Assembly: GCA_054600435.1 (NCBI GenBank)
Contig: BAAIJX010000035.1
Coordinates: 62,001-126,000 of the forward strand
Length of the DNA stretch: 64,000 bases
Source of the DNA: Neophaeotheca triangularis
Taxonomy: Eukaryota
Reading direction: 5' to 3'
Positions 36,295 through 48,200 of this stretch are shown in pieces (position 1 is the stretch's first letter; the number at the start of each line of letters is the position of its first letter). Both the position numbers and the translations under genes were made by a program. The notes under the pieces are model-generated. The model was not told the origin of the DNA. It saw only the letters and a program-made list of their open reading frames with translations, and ran no database searches.

Positions 36295-39200
36295 ATGGGC
36301 TCCCGCGGTCGAGACACAATGGAGCCGACCCGTCGCGCCTCAGCCACTACGTCCACGGCACTACACCACCCGGCTCCGGATGCGCTGTCACGCTCTTCTT
36401 CCAGGGACTATGTGAATATACTCGAGCAGAGTGCTGAAGAGATGAGTCAAGGAGGCAGCGACATTGGCGAAGAGATTCGAAAGATGAACGAAGCAGAAAA
36501 GGAGAGGAGCAGGACCCGGAGCCGGCAATCTAGTTTGCAGAGAAGTCCCATCGATGTGCAAGACGGGGAGAGGGCTTTTGCATGGGACCGTGTCTCGAGG
36601 AGTAGGAATGCCTCCACCTCGTCGTACTCGAATGGCGTCGCTGAGGCGAGATGGGGAGGATACTCGCCGGGAGGCTTCCTTGCATCTCCCACTGGGTCCG
36701 TACATTCCAGCTCTGGGACACGTGCTTCGGCAATGAACAGAGCAGGCTCGAAGTCGTCCCGATTGGCAGAGATAGTTGAGCCGGTGCAGGAGGGCAAACC
36801 GCTGGATTCACCCCTTGGACCCTCTACCAGCAACGCATCACGGCGTGAATCGAAAACCAGGGAAGATGATTTGGACACACATCTCGAAGACGATGACAAT
36901 CACACCTTGCACGCTGTAGAGGGAATATCTCGGCAAGTTTCACAAGCATCACAGACGTCGTTTGGGAGACGCTACGATCAGCTTGCCAGCGAGATTGAGG
37001 ATCGGTTCCAGCACACCGCACGGCAGGGACAAGAGATGCAACATGAACAGTCGACACAATGGGAGCGTGAGGAAGAAGGTCGAGCCACTGTGACGCCTCC
37101 CGACAGACCACGATCAGCCGACACCTTTCAACAGGCAGAGCTGGCGTTCAAAGACTTTGACGGCGTACATTTTTCTCCGGAGACAGAGGAACTGGTGCAT
37201 GTGGACGGGGATGGAAATGAGATCAGGCGTGTTTCTGCTCGAACTTCATCTGGGAATATGTCCGTAGGCACTGCCTCAGTGCTACGAGCACCCCAACAGC
37301 GGCCCGTCACGTATGCTGCTCCGCCACCAGGCGAGAACATGACCTACTATCCGGCTCCTGTGCCGCGCATGCTGAATCTGCCCAAGCGTCTATCGCAAAT
37401 GCCCGCAGCAAACGTACAAGCAAAGAGAAGGACACACGCCCTCGACCAATTGGACCCGTCTGCTCGAGCATCGGCGCCTTGGCTATCGCAGACGAATTTG
37501 AGTACGTATAGCAGCGAACACAGTCGTGACAAGTCAAACTCCCCGGATATCCCTCACAAATCATCCGCCGAACGAGAACATATGTTGGGCCGGCAAAACC
37601 TCCCACCACAATTGCGTGCTAGCGTGTTTTTCGACCATCGACCAATATCTCAAGACGTAGAGGTCAGGGGTGAATCGGCAGTGGCTACATTGGACAGCAT
37701 TCTTCAAGCTTCCGTTACCGCGCCTGTCAATGCGTTCACCGATCATCCTTTTGCAGGTGATGTGCGAAAAGATGTATTCGCTCCCGAACACAAGGCCCGC
37801 AGAAGTACGACAACGCTGGCAATCCCAGCTGAGAGCGACCCTAAGCTCAAAAAGCGGCGGAGCAGCATCAGCAACCTGTTGAAGAGAGCCAGCAGTGCCG
37901 ATGAGCTTACTACGCAGCTCAACAAGCAGGGGAGTCGAAATAGCTTGCTGATGTCCTTAGTTGATGGCAACGAAGGCGGCAGGAAATTACAGAAACGGCG
38001 CAGCCAGTTGTCCTTGGCAACTGACCTCGATGTTCAAGGCAGCCAGCCCAAAACTCCAGCCGAAGAGCGCTCGGAGCCGAAGCCGGATGGTGGTCTTGTA
38101 GCTCGAGCGGAGAATGCACCACAAGCCAGTCCCCGCGAGCAAGATCCTTCGAGCATATCACGTCCCGGGACTGCCTTGAGTGGACAATCGAAGGGAAATG
38201 GCCAAGACCCACAGTTGGAAGAAGAAGATGAAGACAGGGAAGAAGACTTAGGTGATGGCGAGCAGATGTTTGTACAGCCTACTACCCTTCTTGCAGAGTT
38301 GCAAGTGCGCAAAGCCAAACAAAAGTCTCGGAACCGTACAGCCGCCAACGCCTTTCCCAATGGCATGCACAGCACTCTCTTGCAGCTTGATGCAGTCGAA
38401 GAGATCAATAGGACCCGACGCAAGAGGGAGAAGATTCGTCTAGCTTGGGAGGACCCCCAACAGGTCGGGCTCAAGGACCGCGACGATGACGAGGACGACG
38501 ATGTGCCTCTGGGCGTTTTGTATCCGAGTAAAACCGGACTGATTCACCAGAGCAAAGGTGATGGCCGTGATTTTGATAGACCTCTTGGCTTGATGGCACG
38601 GAGGGAACTGGAAGACAGCGAACCACTGAGCAAGAGGCGAAACCGACTTCAGGGAAGGCGTGAGGATCCTCCTCGAAGGCTATCATCGTGGATGCCTACC
38701 TCGACTCAGATGCACATCTCCGGCCAGCCAGATGCACCGGAAGAAGCAGCTGAAGCCGATGCTGGATCGGATGAAGAGCGCCAGGGCGAAACTTTGGGAG
38801 ACCGAATAAAGCGTTTACGTGACAAGCGTGCTCTAGACGCTACCATCGCAGACGTTGCTCCCGGAGAATATGGGTTGGACGGTAATAGGCCGATCTCCAC
38901 CTTCACAGACGACGTGCTCAGGCAGTTCGGTGGACTGGATGTTGCCGACAAAGGGAAGCCTGCTGACGAAAATGCAAGGGCCAAGTCCCGCCCGCCCAGT
39001 TCAGCGGGCGCTCTCAACGCTGCCATTGATCTAGAGCCCAGTGCTCCTAGCGCCGAGGATCCGGAGGACGAGACTCTGGGTCAAAGACGTGCCCGTCTCA
39101 AGCGAGAGCGTGAGGCCAACGGCGACACCGGGGTTCGCAATGTGAGCGGTGAAAGCGGTGCCAGCCGCCCTACCTTGTCCCAACGCAACAGTTCCGTGAA

Positions 39201-39861
39201 CATCTTAGCTACCAACCCAGCCGGGCCTAATGATAGGCCTAGCGTGAAACACTCCGCGGCTCCAGGCACCCTACTCTACAGCTCGGAGCAATCGCAAGCA
39301 AAGGCCAAACGCTCCCTCCTGAACAGCAACCAACGGGCCTCATCCTACAACCTTACCAAACCCCTCGTTGACCTCCCTACCCAAGGGAAGAATGCGCACC
39401 TGATGAGCGGTGGTCTCCTCGGCAGCCAAGCAAGTGGTCGCAATGTGAGCGGCGGCTTCAGCGGCGGCGTTTGGAACAACGGCATGGGTGGCGTGGGTAT
39501 GCAGCCTTCGACGGCGACTCCAAATTTCAGTACCATAAACAGTGGCGGTGGGTACTTTGCTCCTGCCACCATGCCATTGGGCCATTCTCAGCAACAAGGG
39601 CCCATGATGGGATACGGCAGTGCAATGCCACAGCAACAGCCCATGTTGAATGCAGGTGCGTATCACGCGCTTACGGCAGGCAGTACGCCGTACGGGTTCC
39701 CGCCGCAGATGATGGGGGGGACATATGGATATGGTGCGCAGCAGCAGATGGGCATGGCAATGGGGATGCCCATGGGCTATGGCATGCCGATGGATGAGCA
39801 GATGAAGCCGCAGCAGAGAGATATGATTGATCGGTGGAGGATGAGTGTGGCGCCGCAGTAG
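36295..39861 (+). CDS. Large, mostly disordered conserved fungal hypothetical protein (1188 aa)
   Basis: Intronless 3.5-kb ORF with short motif-like islands (YYPAPVPRMLNLPKRLS; SAVATLDSIL; PTTLLAELQVRK; GMHSTLLQLDAV; repeated ETLG-x-R; terminal IDRWRMSV). Confidence 0.85.
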   Translation: MGSRGRDTMEPTRRASATTSTALHHPAPDALSRSSSRDYVNILEQSAEEMSQGGSDIGEEIRKMNEAEKERSRTRSRQSSLQRSPIDVQDGERAFAWDRVSRSRNASTSSYSNGVAEARWGGYSPGGFLASPTGSVHSSSGTRASAMNRAGSKSSRLAEIVEPVQEGKPLDSPLGPSTSNASRRESKTREDDLDTHLEDDDNHTLHAVEGISRQVSQASQTSFGRRYDQLASEIEDRFQHTARQGQEMQHEQSTQWEREEEGRATVTPPDRPRSADTFQQAELAFKDFDGVHFSPETEELVHVDGDGNEIRRVSARTSSGNMSVGTASVLRAPQQRPVTYAAPPPGENMTYYPAPVPRMLNLPKRLSQMPAANVQAKRRTHALDQLDPSARASAPWLSQTNLSTYSSEHSRDKSNSPDIPHKSSAEREHMLGRQNLPPQLRASVFFDHRPISQDVEVRGESAVATLDSILQASVTAPVNAFTDHPFAGDVRKDVFAPEHKARRSTTTLAIPAESDPKLKKRRSSISNLLKRASSADELTTQLNKQGSRNSLLMSLVDGNEGGRKLQKRRSQLSLATDLDVQGSQPKTPAEERSEPKPDGGLVARAENAPQASPREQDPSSISRPGTALSGQSKGNGQDPQLEEEDEDREEDLGDGEQMFVQPTTLLAELQVRKAKQKSRNRTAANAFPNGMHSTLLQLDAVEEINRTRRKREKIRLAWEDPQQVGLKDRDDDEDDDVPLGVLYPSKTGLIHQSKGDGRDFDRPLGLMARRELEDSEPLSKRRNRLQGRREDPPRRLSSWMPTSTQMHISGQPDAPEEAAEADAGSDEERQGETLGDRIKRLRDKRALDATIADVAPGEYGLDGNRPISTFTDDVLRQFGGLDVADKGKPADENARAKSRPPSSAGALNAAIDLEPSAPSAEDPEDETLGQRRARLKREREANGDTGVRNVSGESGASRPTLSQRNSSVNILATNPAGPNDRPSVKHSAAPGTLLYSSEQSQAKAKRSLLNSNQRASSYNLTKPLVDLPTQGKNAHLMSGGLLGSQASGRNVSGGFSGGVWNNGMGGVGMQPSTATPNFSTINSGGGYFAPATMPLGHSQQQGPMMGYGSAMPQQQPMLNAGAYHALTAGSTPYGFPPQMMGGTYGYGAQQQMGMAMGMPMGYGMPMDEQMKPQQRDMIDRWRMSVAPQ

Positions 39862-40266
39862 GCACGAATAATTGTCGTCGAAGGAGACGAGCCAGTCGGA
39901 ATCAAACAATAGCATCGCATAGCATAGCATGGTTTGTCAAGCATCCTACTGTCTGGATCTCGGGCAAGGTCGTATTCGGATTAGACGGGCGTTGAGGCCG
40001 GGAAATGATATCGAAATGTACGATGCGGACTTAATTGTAATATTTGTCTCTAGCGATGGCTTTGCCAGTGTACGATAAAGGCTGTCACGGCCGCGGATGG
40101 CAGTATGTCTCCAACTATCACATGCAATAAGTTTCTATAGATTATCTATCGTGGGTTGCATCACGAGCGTTCATCTGCAAGCCGAGAAGCAGCAGCTGCA
40201 GGAACAGAAGCGAAGCGATTGGAGCCTCTGCGAAGCGAAATCCCCCAAGCCCAACCACAACACCCA

Positions 40267-41678
40267 ATGCCTTCGAGAAGCAACGACAACGTCTTTACCG
40301 TGCTAGTCACCGGCGCCAACAGGTATACAAGACTGTGGCATACCCTTTCTAGAGCTCCAGTCGCTAACCATGCCTCCTCGCCAGCGGCCTAGGCTTCGGA
40401 ACGTGCTGCCGCCTGATTGACGACTTCCTCGCGACACGCCCTGCGCCGCAAACCCTGCACCTCCTCTTCACCACCCGTTCGCCCTCCAAAAACGCCGCTA
40501 CCCTCGACGGTCTCAAGACGCACCTTCGTCGGAGAATATACCAAAGAGGTAGCAGCAGCAGCAGCAATGACGGGGACAGGATAAAGCTCGAGGGCCTGAG
40601 CGTGGAGCTCACCAATCTCGCGTCTGTGAAGAGTCTCGCGCAGCAATTGAGACAAAGGCACCAGCGTATCGATGCTGCCGTGTGGAATGCTGGTATCGGG
40701 GGTTGGGGAGGCATCAACTGGTTCAAAGCCGTGTGGCTGATTCTGACGGACGTGGTGTATGCGACTACCTTTCCGGCTTACCAGTATGGGCTTGTCGGGT
40801 TGAAAGCTGGGGATCAGGGAACTGCGGGGGCGAAGGGAGAAGAGCCGGTGCTGGGACAGGTCTTCACGGCGAATGTCTTCGGGCACTACATGCTCACGCA
40901 CTGGCTGGCGCCGGTCTTGCACGAGGGGAGTAGGGTCGTGTGGACCAGCAGCGTCAGTGCCCGGGACGAGGATCTACGTCTCGATGACCTGCAAGGCCTA
41001 CACACAGATCGGGCATACGAGAGCTCAAAACGCCTTACGGATCTATTGGTATTGACCTCCGACCTGCCTTCGACGAGACGCTGGACCGAGAGCTTCCTGC
41101 CCGCCGACGAAACAAGCACGACAACCACCTCACCAGCGACAAACCCTTCCAACCCGCGTCCAAAAATGTACCTAACCCACCCCGGCATCTGCGGGACCGC
41201 CATCTCCGACATCCCAGCTTTCCTGACAATCTTCGTGACGCTGGCCTTCCAGCTCGCGCGCCTGCTGGGCTCGCCCTGGCACAATATCAAACCGTACAAA
41301 GGTGCTTCGTCGACCGTGGCTTGCGTCCTCTCGCCATCCGAGGGAGCAGAAACCGCACCGACATCCCCCTCGCCTATCCCTTCCATAGCTTCCTCGCCCT
41401 CGATCCCCGAGGATGAAAACGCTCATGGGAAAGCGAAATGGGGCTCTTCGTGCGCGCATGGCGGCGCGGAAGCGGTCGTAAGGACTGAGGCGGAGGGCTG
41501 GGGGTTTGGGGGCCGAGTCGGGGAGGTGCCCGAGGGGAGTATGCGGTCGCATATGCCGAGGGGTATCAAGGAAGCGGGGCGAGAGGCGAGGGAGGGTTTT
41601 GAAGAGACTGGGAGGGTGGTTTGGCGCTTGATGGAGGAGATGAGGGTGGAGTGGGAGGGGAGGCTCGGCAGTGTGTGA
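40267..41678 (+). CDS. ERG27: 3-keto-steroid reductase
   Basis: VLVTGAN|SGLGFGTCCRLID (intron 40323-40384), WNAGIGGW, ANVFGHY, YESSK, HPGI and ARLLGSPWH. Confidence 0.92.
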
Positions 41679-42279
41679 AACCTTGGGGATGTGTATGGGA
41701 GCACCATCACTTGTCGTGTGCTGAAGCAATTGGTGCAGGTGCGTACGAGCTTTGAGGGGGAAAGTGTGTCGAAAATGTATTATTGCTTGCTCAAGATTAT
41801 GAAGAGAGAAAGTCTGAGTTTCCCTGTTCTATATCTATTATCTAAAATCTGTTCGAAAGAAGATTCTATGCAGATGTACAGTATCTACTTTGTTCCCGAT
41901 TCACCACCGGTTTCTGGGGCTCCTGCCATCCACACTCCAATCCTTGCGATTTCATACAAGAGCTTTCAGCCGTTTAACACCGGAAGAAACGATCCCTACC
42001 GCCTACAGCCTCCCATCTGTATGTGCGAACTAGATAGAATGTACAAAGAAGGATAGTAAAAACAAGAAAACGATGCATATCGCTGCAAGCGCTGCAAAAG
42101 AAAAGATGTGCAATTAATCCCAAACAAGCAAAAGCATGCAACAGATGAAACTTTCCTGCTCTGTTTTCTCCCCCCGTTCCTTTTGCCCCGGGAGCTTCCG
42201 TGGTGGTTCGTGACACGGCAAAGCTTTCCCTGCAACGTATCGGATCGTGGACAACATCGGCGAGACTGGGTTGACTCGC

Positions 42280-45200
42280 TCAAGGCTTCGAAAGCTGCTC
42301 CTTACGGAAGAAAGTGAAGAATCCGGCGCAAATGACGAGCTGCAGAATCAGTGCTACCCAGAACCAAGGTTCGCTGAGCGGCTCCGAGAGCCCAGACGCA
42401 AAGCTGGGGAAGGTCGGGCCAGGGCCAATCGAGTTCAGGCCGTCGGCGCGAGCGATGATGGTGGCGATACTGCCGACCACTTGCGCAGTGATGAGGACAA
42501 ACGTAATGTGGAAACGCGTCAGTGTCTGCAGCAGGATCATACCGAAGCCCACGCCTTGCATCGAGTCCAGCACGCCGAGCCAGAGCCAGAGGCAGCGGCC
42601 GAGAACGGCAGAGGCGACGGGCCCGCCAGCCCATGGAAGATACTGGCCGATGCTGCTGGTGGACCAAAGGATCTGGCACCAGCGAGGAGCACCGAGACCA
42701 ACGGCAAACATGGGTAGGATCCATGAATGGGTGTGCGAAAGGCGGCCGAAATACCAGAGCATAGCGGCCCAAATGATGACGAAGAAGAGGATGATGAGAA
42801 GCCAGACGGCGTAGGTCGGAGCGTGTTGAGAGCTAAACAGGTAGCGCCAGTTGCGGCCGTAAGGTGCCGAGAGGAAGATGTTTTGGATGAATACGGCAAA
42901 GAAGAACCAGAGGACGATCTTGCGACGCAAAATGGAGCTGTAGAAGCTGGGAACCGCGCCGGGCTTTTGGCGGTAGAAGTCTGGCAGACCGAGGAAGAGA
43001 ACGATGCCGATTGACCACAAGAGCACTGCTATTGGCACAACGATAGCTGTAATGGGCCAGCGATAAGTGATGAGGGTCGACTGATCCCCTCCGTCAACCA
43101 CGTTCGCGGTGATGGTAGATCCCCAGTACCACAAGGCAACAATGTAGATTTGCTGGGTACCTTGGATAGCGCACGCGCGGAATGCCCAAACCCTGACCGG
43201 CACAGATCCGAGTGAACCAAAGTTCTGCGAGAAGAAGATGCTACCGGATGAGGAGGCGATGGCGTACATAACAGTGGCTGCCATGTTAAGACCTCCTCGA
43301 CCGCCTTCGGATGTGTATGGCGCGAAGCCCAGCAGGAAGAAGGAAAAGCCATAGAAGAACCATGGAGCGGACACCACGTACAGGCAGGCCAGGCGTCTAA
43401 ACAAGTACCACCAGATCAAAGAGGTAGCAAGGTAGACGGAAGCAATCACGTAAAGCTGAGTCGCGGTCTGGCCGTTCTGTCCAGTCAGCAGAGTAATCTG
43501 GTACGAGTTTGCAGCGATGATCTGGCCCAACGCAAGCAGGAAGGCGTAAATGGGCCAATCGCGAATCTTCGTCGAGAGAACCCTCTTCAATCCGGTTGGC
43601 GCTTGGTAGTTGTCTGGAAGCAAGAACTGCGATAGGGGCTCCTCCGTCTCAATGCCCTCGTATATCGAGCCAGCAGGTGTAGCGACCATGGACTGCTGTC
43701 CCGGAGTAGAGACGTTCTTTGTCATCTTGGCTTGGTGCAGGCGGTTGAACCACTGCTTCTCTGACTTCTCCAGGTATTCTTCAATGCAAAGCTTGCTCTC
43801 GGAATTCTTGCCATTGAGATCGTCAAGTTGCTTGTCGAATGTCTTGTAGTACAGCCCCGTTGGATCGTTGAAGAAAGGCATCAGATCTTGCGGCTTCTTG
43901 TCCGCCTTCTCGTTCATGACGTGGTCTTGACTCAGGGGAGTCATGGCACCGCTGCCACCGGGTGTGTGTGGTGCATTGAGGTAGCCACCTGGAGTTCCGG
44001 GGTTGCCGGACTGCGCCAGGAAGGGGTACGATGCACCAGGCGTTTCCAGGCCAGAAGGCGTAATGCCGGGTGTTTGGGCAGGTGAGAAGTACGAGTTCCT
44101 GTCTCTGGGAGCGGGCTCTTCCGGAACAGTGCCATCCCTGAGTTCGAACTCGAAGCGGTCTTGATTGGCGTATCCACCCATGCGCGACTGCCGTTTAGCG
44201 TCTTCTGCGGTGTCAGTACTGATCTGCTCCTCATCTTCGATGCTGCTGAGCCGCCTCCTAGGGACGCCTCCATTATCCTCGTCGGAAGAATGACTTCTCG
44301 AGGACAGGCTTCCTTGCGCGTGTTGCGGTGGAGAGTGGCCGGGACCATGGCGCATACCCAGCGACAGAGATCCGTTGCGTGACATTGCGGGTGTTGTCTG
44401 ACCTGACCGCGAGGGCGAGGAAGGTCTGGTGTTCGGCCGGCTTTGGGTCGTTGGTGTTGTGGCACCACCTCTTGGAGTAGAAGCGCCGGTAGGTGTCGCC
44501 CAGCCGCTCCTTGGGGTCATCCAGCCAGGTAAGTTGGGGGTGTTCCATCCACTGGTGGCTGCGCTGCCGGTGTCGATCCCGAGGCGCTTGTTTTGCATCC
44601 TCTCCATGCGCTTCTTGTGAATCTTGATCGAGGTGGCTTGCAGAATCTCGAGGTCTTCCTTCCATTGCGCAACTGGGAAACGCTGCTTGCCGGAACGCGC
44701 TCTCATCGTGGCTCGTGTTTGGTAGTCCGCCTTGAGCGCCCCCGCGATGGCCATCTTAAATTGGTGCAGCATGTGCTTGGTAGTTTGCGACTCTACCGTA
44801 AACCACCAGCCAGGCATTTGACCCAAGCCACCAACTCTTGAACCCACACCGAGAGCACCCTTCCGACCGAATTCGACAGCAACAAGACCAAACGGCTCGT
44901 CTCTGCTGGGAATGAGTGCAAATTCAGCACCGCTGAAGATAAACGGCGGAAGAGCAGTGAACTCAGGCTTCGAGTAGACACGGCCGGGATACTTTTCCAT
45001 CATTCTGTCGAGCTTCAGGGCCGCGAATTTGCCGTACATGTCAATCTGGGGTCCAACGCAAATGAGCTGAGTGTGCTCGTACTGCTCAAGGATGGCGGGG
45101 AAAACGTCGGCGATCAGATCAATACCCTTCTGCATTGACCACCGTCCAACGAAGACGAATAGGTCGGCGTCAGGGCGTTGATCAAGGCCAGCCCATTCTT

Positions 45201-48200
45201 GCGCTTGACGCTTGAGGTCGGCACGGCCGGATTCGAACGATTCATCAATGTGGATGCTGTCGGGGTCGGCAAGCTTCTTGTCCCAGTCGCTGACATCTGA
45301 TGGGTCTGGGTTTGGCAAAGCACCAATCTTCCTCAGACCCCAGAAGATAGGATAACGAGCCCAGGAGCGCTTTCCGTATTTCTTACTCACACCAACAGCG
45401 CCGAAACCCTTTTGGTGGATTCGAAGAATGCTCGCACCGGCATGTAGCAGGTTGAAGATTTCACCGAACTGAATGTATCTCGAAACCACGGCGGGTGACA
45501 AGTTGAAAACAGAGCAGATCTCTTCGGTCTCTTGCGGGTTCCGCATGGGCCATAGGCCTTGGAACTCGGCATTGTGGAGGGACAGACAGCAAGGGATGGT
45601 GTCTGGGAGGAGATAAAGCGGAGCAATGGTGCCGTGGTAGTCGTTGATGTGATACAGATCAATAGGGAAACGACGCATAGCCTCGGCGATACACTGGTTC
45701 CAAGCGGAGTAGTAAATTGCGCTATCCAGGTCGTCCATACGTGCTGGGTAGGGCTCCTTGGCGGTCTGCCTGCGGAAGACAGGAGCATCGAGAAGCATGT
45801 AAGTAATGTTGTTGAGCTTGTGGTATTGTACCTGGACTTCGTAGGTGCGACCGAGGATTGTAACGTCGATAGGAAGGCCCGGAGTGTCCATGGGGTAGTC
45901 GATGCCGCCAGCGCAGGGAACAACCCAGATCAGGTCTTGGTGCTCGAGGTTCTTACCCATGAGTTGCGCCATCACACCGAGACCACCGATCTTAATCTTG
46001 ATGTTCCAGTCGGAGATGTCGTATTCCATGGTGCCGATGAGAACAGTACGACGTTGGCCTTCGACGGTGGCACCAGCAGTAATACCAGGCTCGCGAATCA
46101 CTGAGCCACTGCCAGAGCCAGTACGAGCCAGGACGCCGGCTTGGGCCATCTCGGGTTCTGTCTCAATGGGGTCTTTCTCATCGTTACGATGGAAGGCTCT
46201 GCGGACGGCAGTGGGGAGAAAATGTTTCTCTTCCGAGAGACCAATCTGATTGAACTTGACACCATAGAAGAAGTGCATGTACAGCCACACGCCAGTCAGA
46301 GCCGTCGTGATGGGCACGAGAAGCATCAAGATCCACATGACGAGCTGAAGATACCGGTTCCCGTTGGGCACCAGGTAGTACCTCATCGTCCTGTCGTCGA
46401 ATAAGATTCTCCACGAAAGTCCAGGGGACGGAGGGCCATGGTTTGTGATGTTGACCACAGCTGGCGTGAGGGAATGTGGCGAGATTCGATCAAGGACGGT
46501 ATCATTGTCGACGTCACCGAATGCCCATCCCTTGTCCGGCTGGCCATTTTCCGTCATGCCCCAAACACTGAGTTGAAACTGCGTTGGCCATTCCCACATG
46601 AAATCAAAGATCCAGCTGCCATTGTCGAGCTGCTTCATCTTGTTCTCCAGACCGGCATCGAAGCCGTACTCGTTGAAAGAACCGTGAATGAAGAAGTGCG
46701 GGTAGCGCCTGGGGGCGTCGCCGCTGCCTGCAAGGTCACCTTCAATCAGATGGTCACTGCTACCCGCGAGCTCGGACCAGTATTGAACCTGCACGTGCTC
46801 GCCGTCCCAGTCTTGGTGATCAGGACCGCTCCATTCCATGCCTTCTAACGTCGAGTTGCCGCCCTCATAGTCCATCCAGTCTGACCATACTGCGCCCCAA
46901 GTCATTGTGTACCTCCACTTGTCTGCTCCCGCAGCTTTATGATTGATGAAGTACTGGTCGTCCTCCACGCCATGGGTGACATCGCGCTTGGAATCGGACG
47001 TCTTGAAAAGCAGACTGTCGCTGTAGTTGGCGAACTTTGGGAAGATGATAGGGTTGTCGATCTGTCCAATGCGCAACAAGAAGTGATCGTTCGAGTTCGT
47101 GTATCGGTCACCATCTTCGCTTGAGACGTTGTGCACGTTGATCTGGTGGATGCCGTCGTAAACATCATTAAGTGTGGCGCGAAGTCGCCAGACTGAGGGA
47201 CTTGGCCCGTAGTAGTGCGCTTCCATCTCGGGTTCGTCCATCATACCGCAATCAATGCTGTTCTCGAAAATCTTGGCGCTTGTGCCGGACTCGGTAGTTG
47301 AATTAACACCTAGATTGGCGGTCACTGAGTCGCAGCTCATTTCGTAAGAGAAACGAATCTCAAAGTCCACAGAAGAAGCCTCGTCAGCGCTGCTGTTTGA
47401 CATGATACGGTGGTCGTGACCGGGGAGGAATTTGGTGACAATGGGCAGTGGAGCCGTCCAGTTTGCCTTGGGCACGAAGGCTTTGAAGCCGTACATGGTC
47501 ATGTTTATTTCGGGCAAGCAACCGTTGAACTCGTCAGAGCCATACAAGCTCTTCTTCACACCAGACTCTTCCGTGTCCCACTCGTCAAAGGGGTAGAAAA
47601 GGTTCTTGACAGTGGTATTGGCTTCGAATGGCGAGATGATGGCCTCGTCATTGTCTTTGCAGTCGCACTCGTAAGTTTTAGATCCGTTATAGTTTGTGTA
47701 AAGCAGCCAGACGGGCTGATTACCAAACTCCCCCTGGTCTGAAAGGTCCTGGACGCCCTCCATGGGTCCACGGATGGCGCTGTAAAGACCGGTCTCCGTG
47801 GGCACTCCGAAAGAACCCGGGAGAGTGTAGTTGAAGGTCTGATTCGAAAGTTGCAGGAGTGTCCAGCCATCGTTCAGCGCCGGGTAGCGCGTTCGCATGT
47901 CGAACATTTGCTTAAGAGCACCGTAGAGAGGGTGGGAAGGGTCTCGGTGGTCCAGAGCCACGGTATCATCCTCACAGGCCAGAGCGGAGCTGTTGACAGG
48001 CCAGTTGTTGAGGTTGTTGTTTGGCACAACGTAGCACCCGTGCATCTGCCAGGCCTCACTTGAAGACATGGCCTGACGTCCGTAGATGTAGTTCGCAGCG
48101 GTGCTGTCCAGGGTGTAAAATGCTTGCTCTTCACCCCAGCTGATCAACGGAATCCCTGGCATTAGCAAAGTGATGATGTAGTCACCCAGGATCTGGCGCT

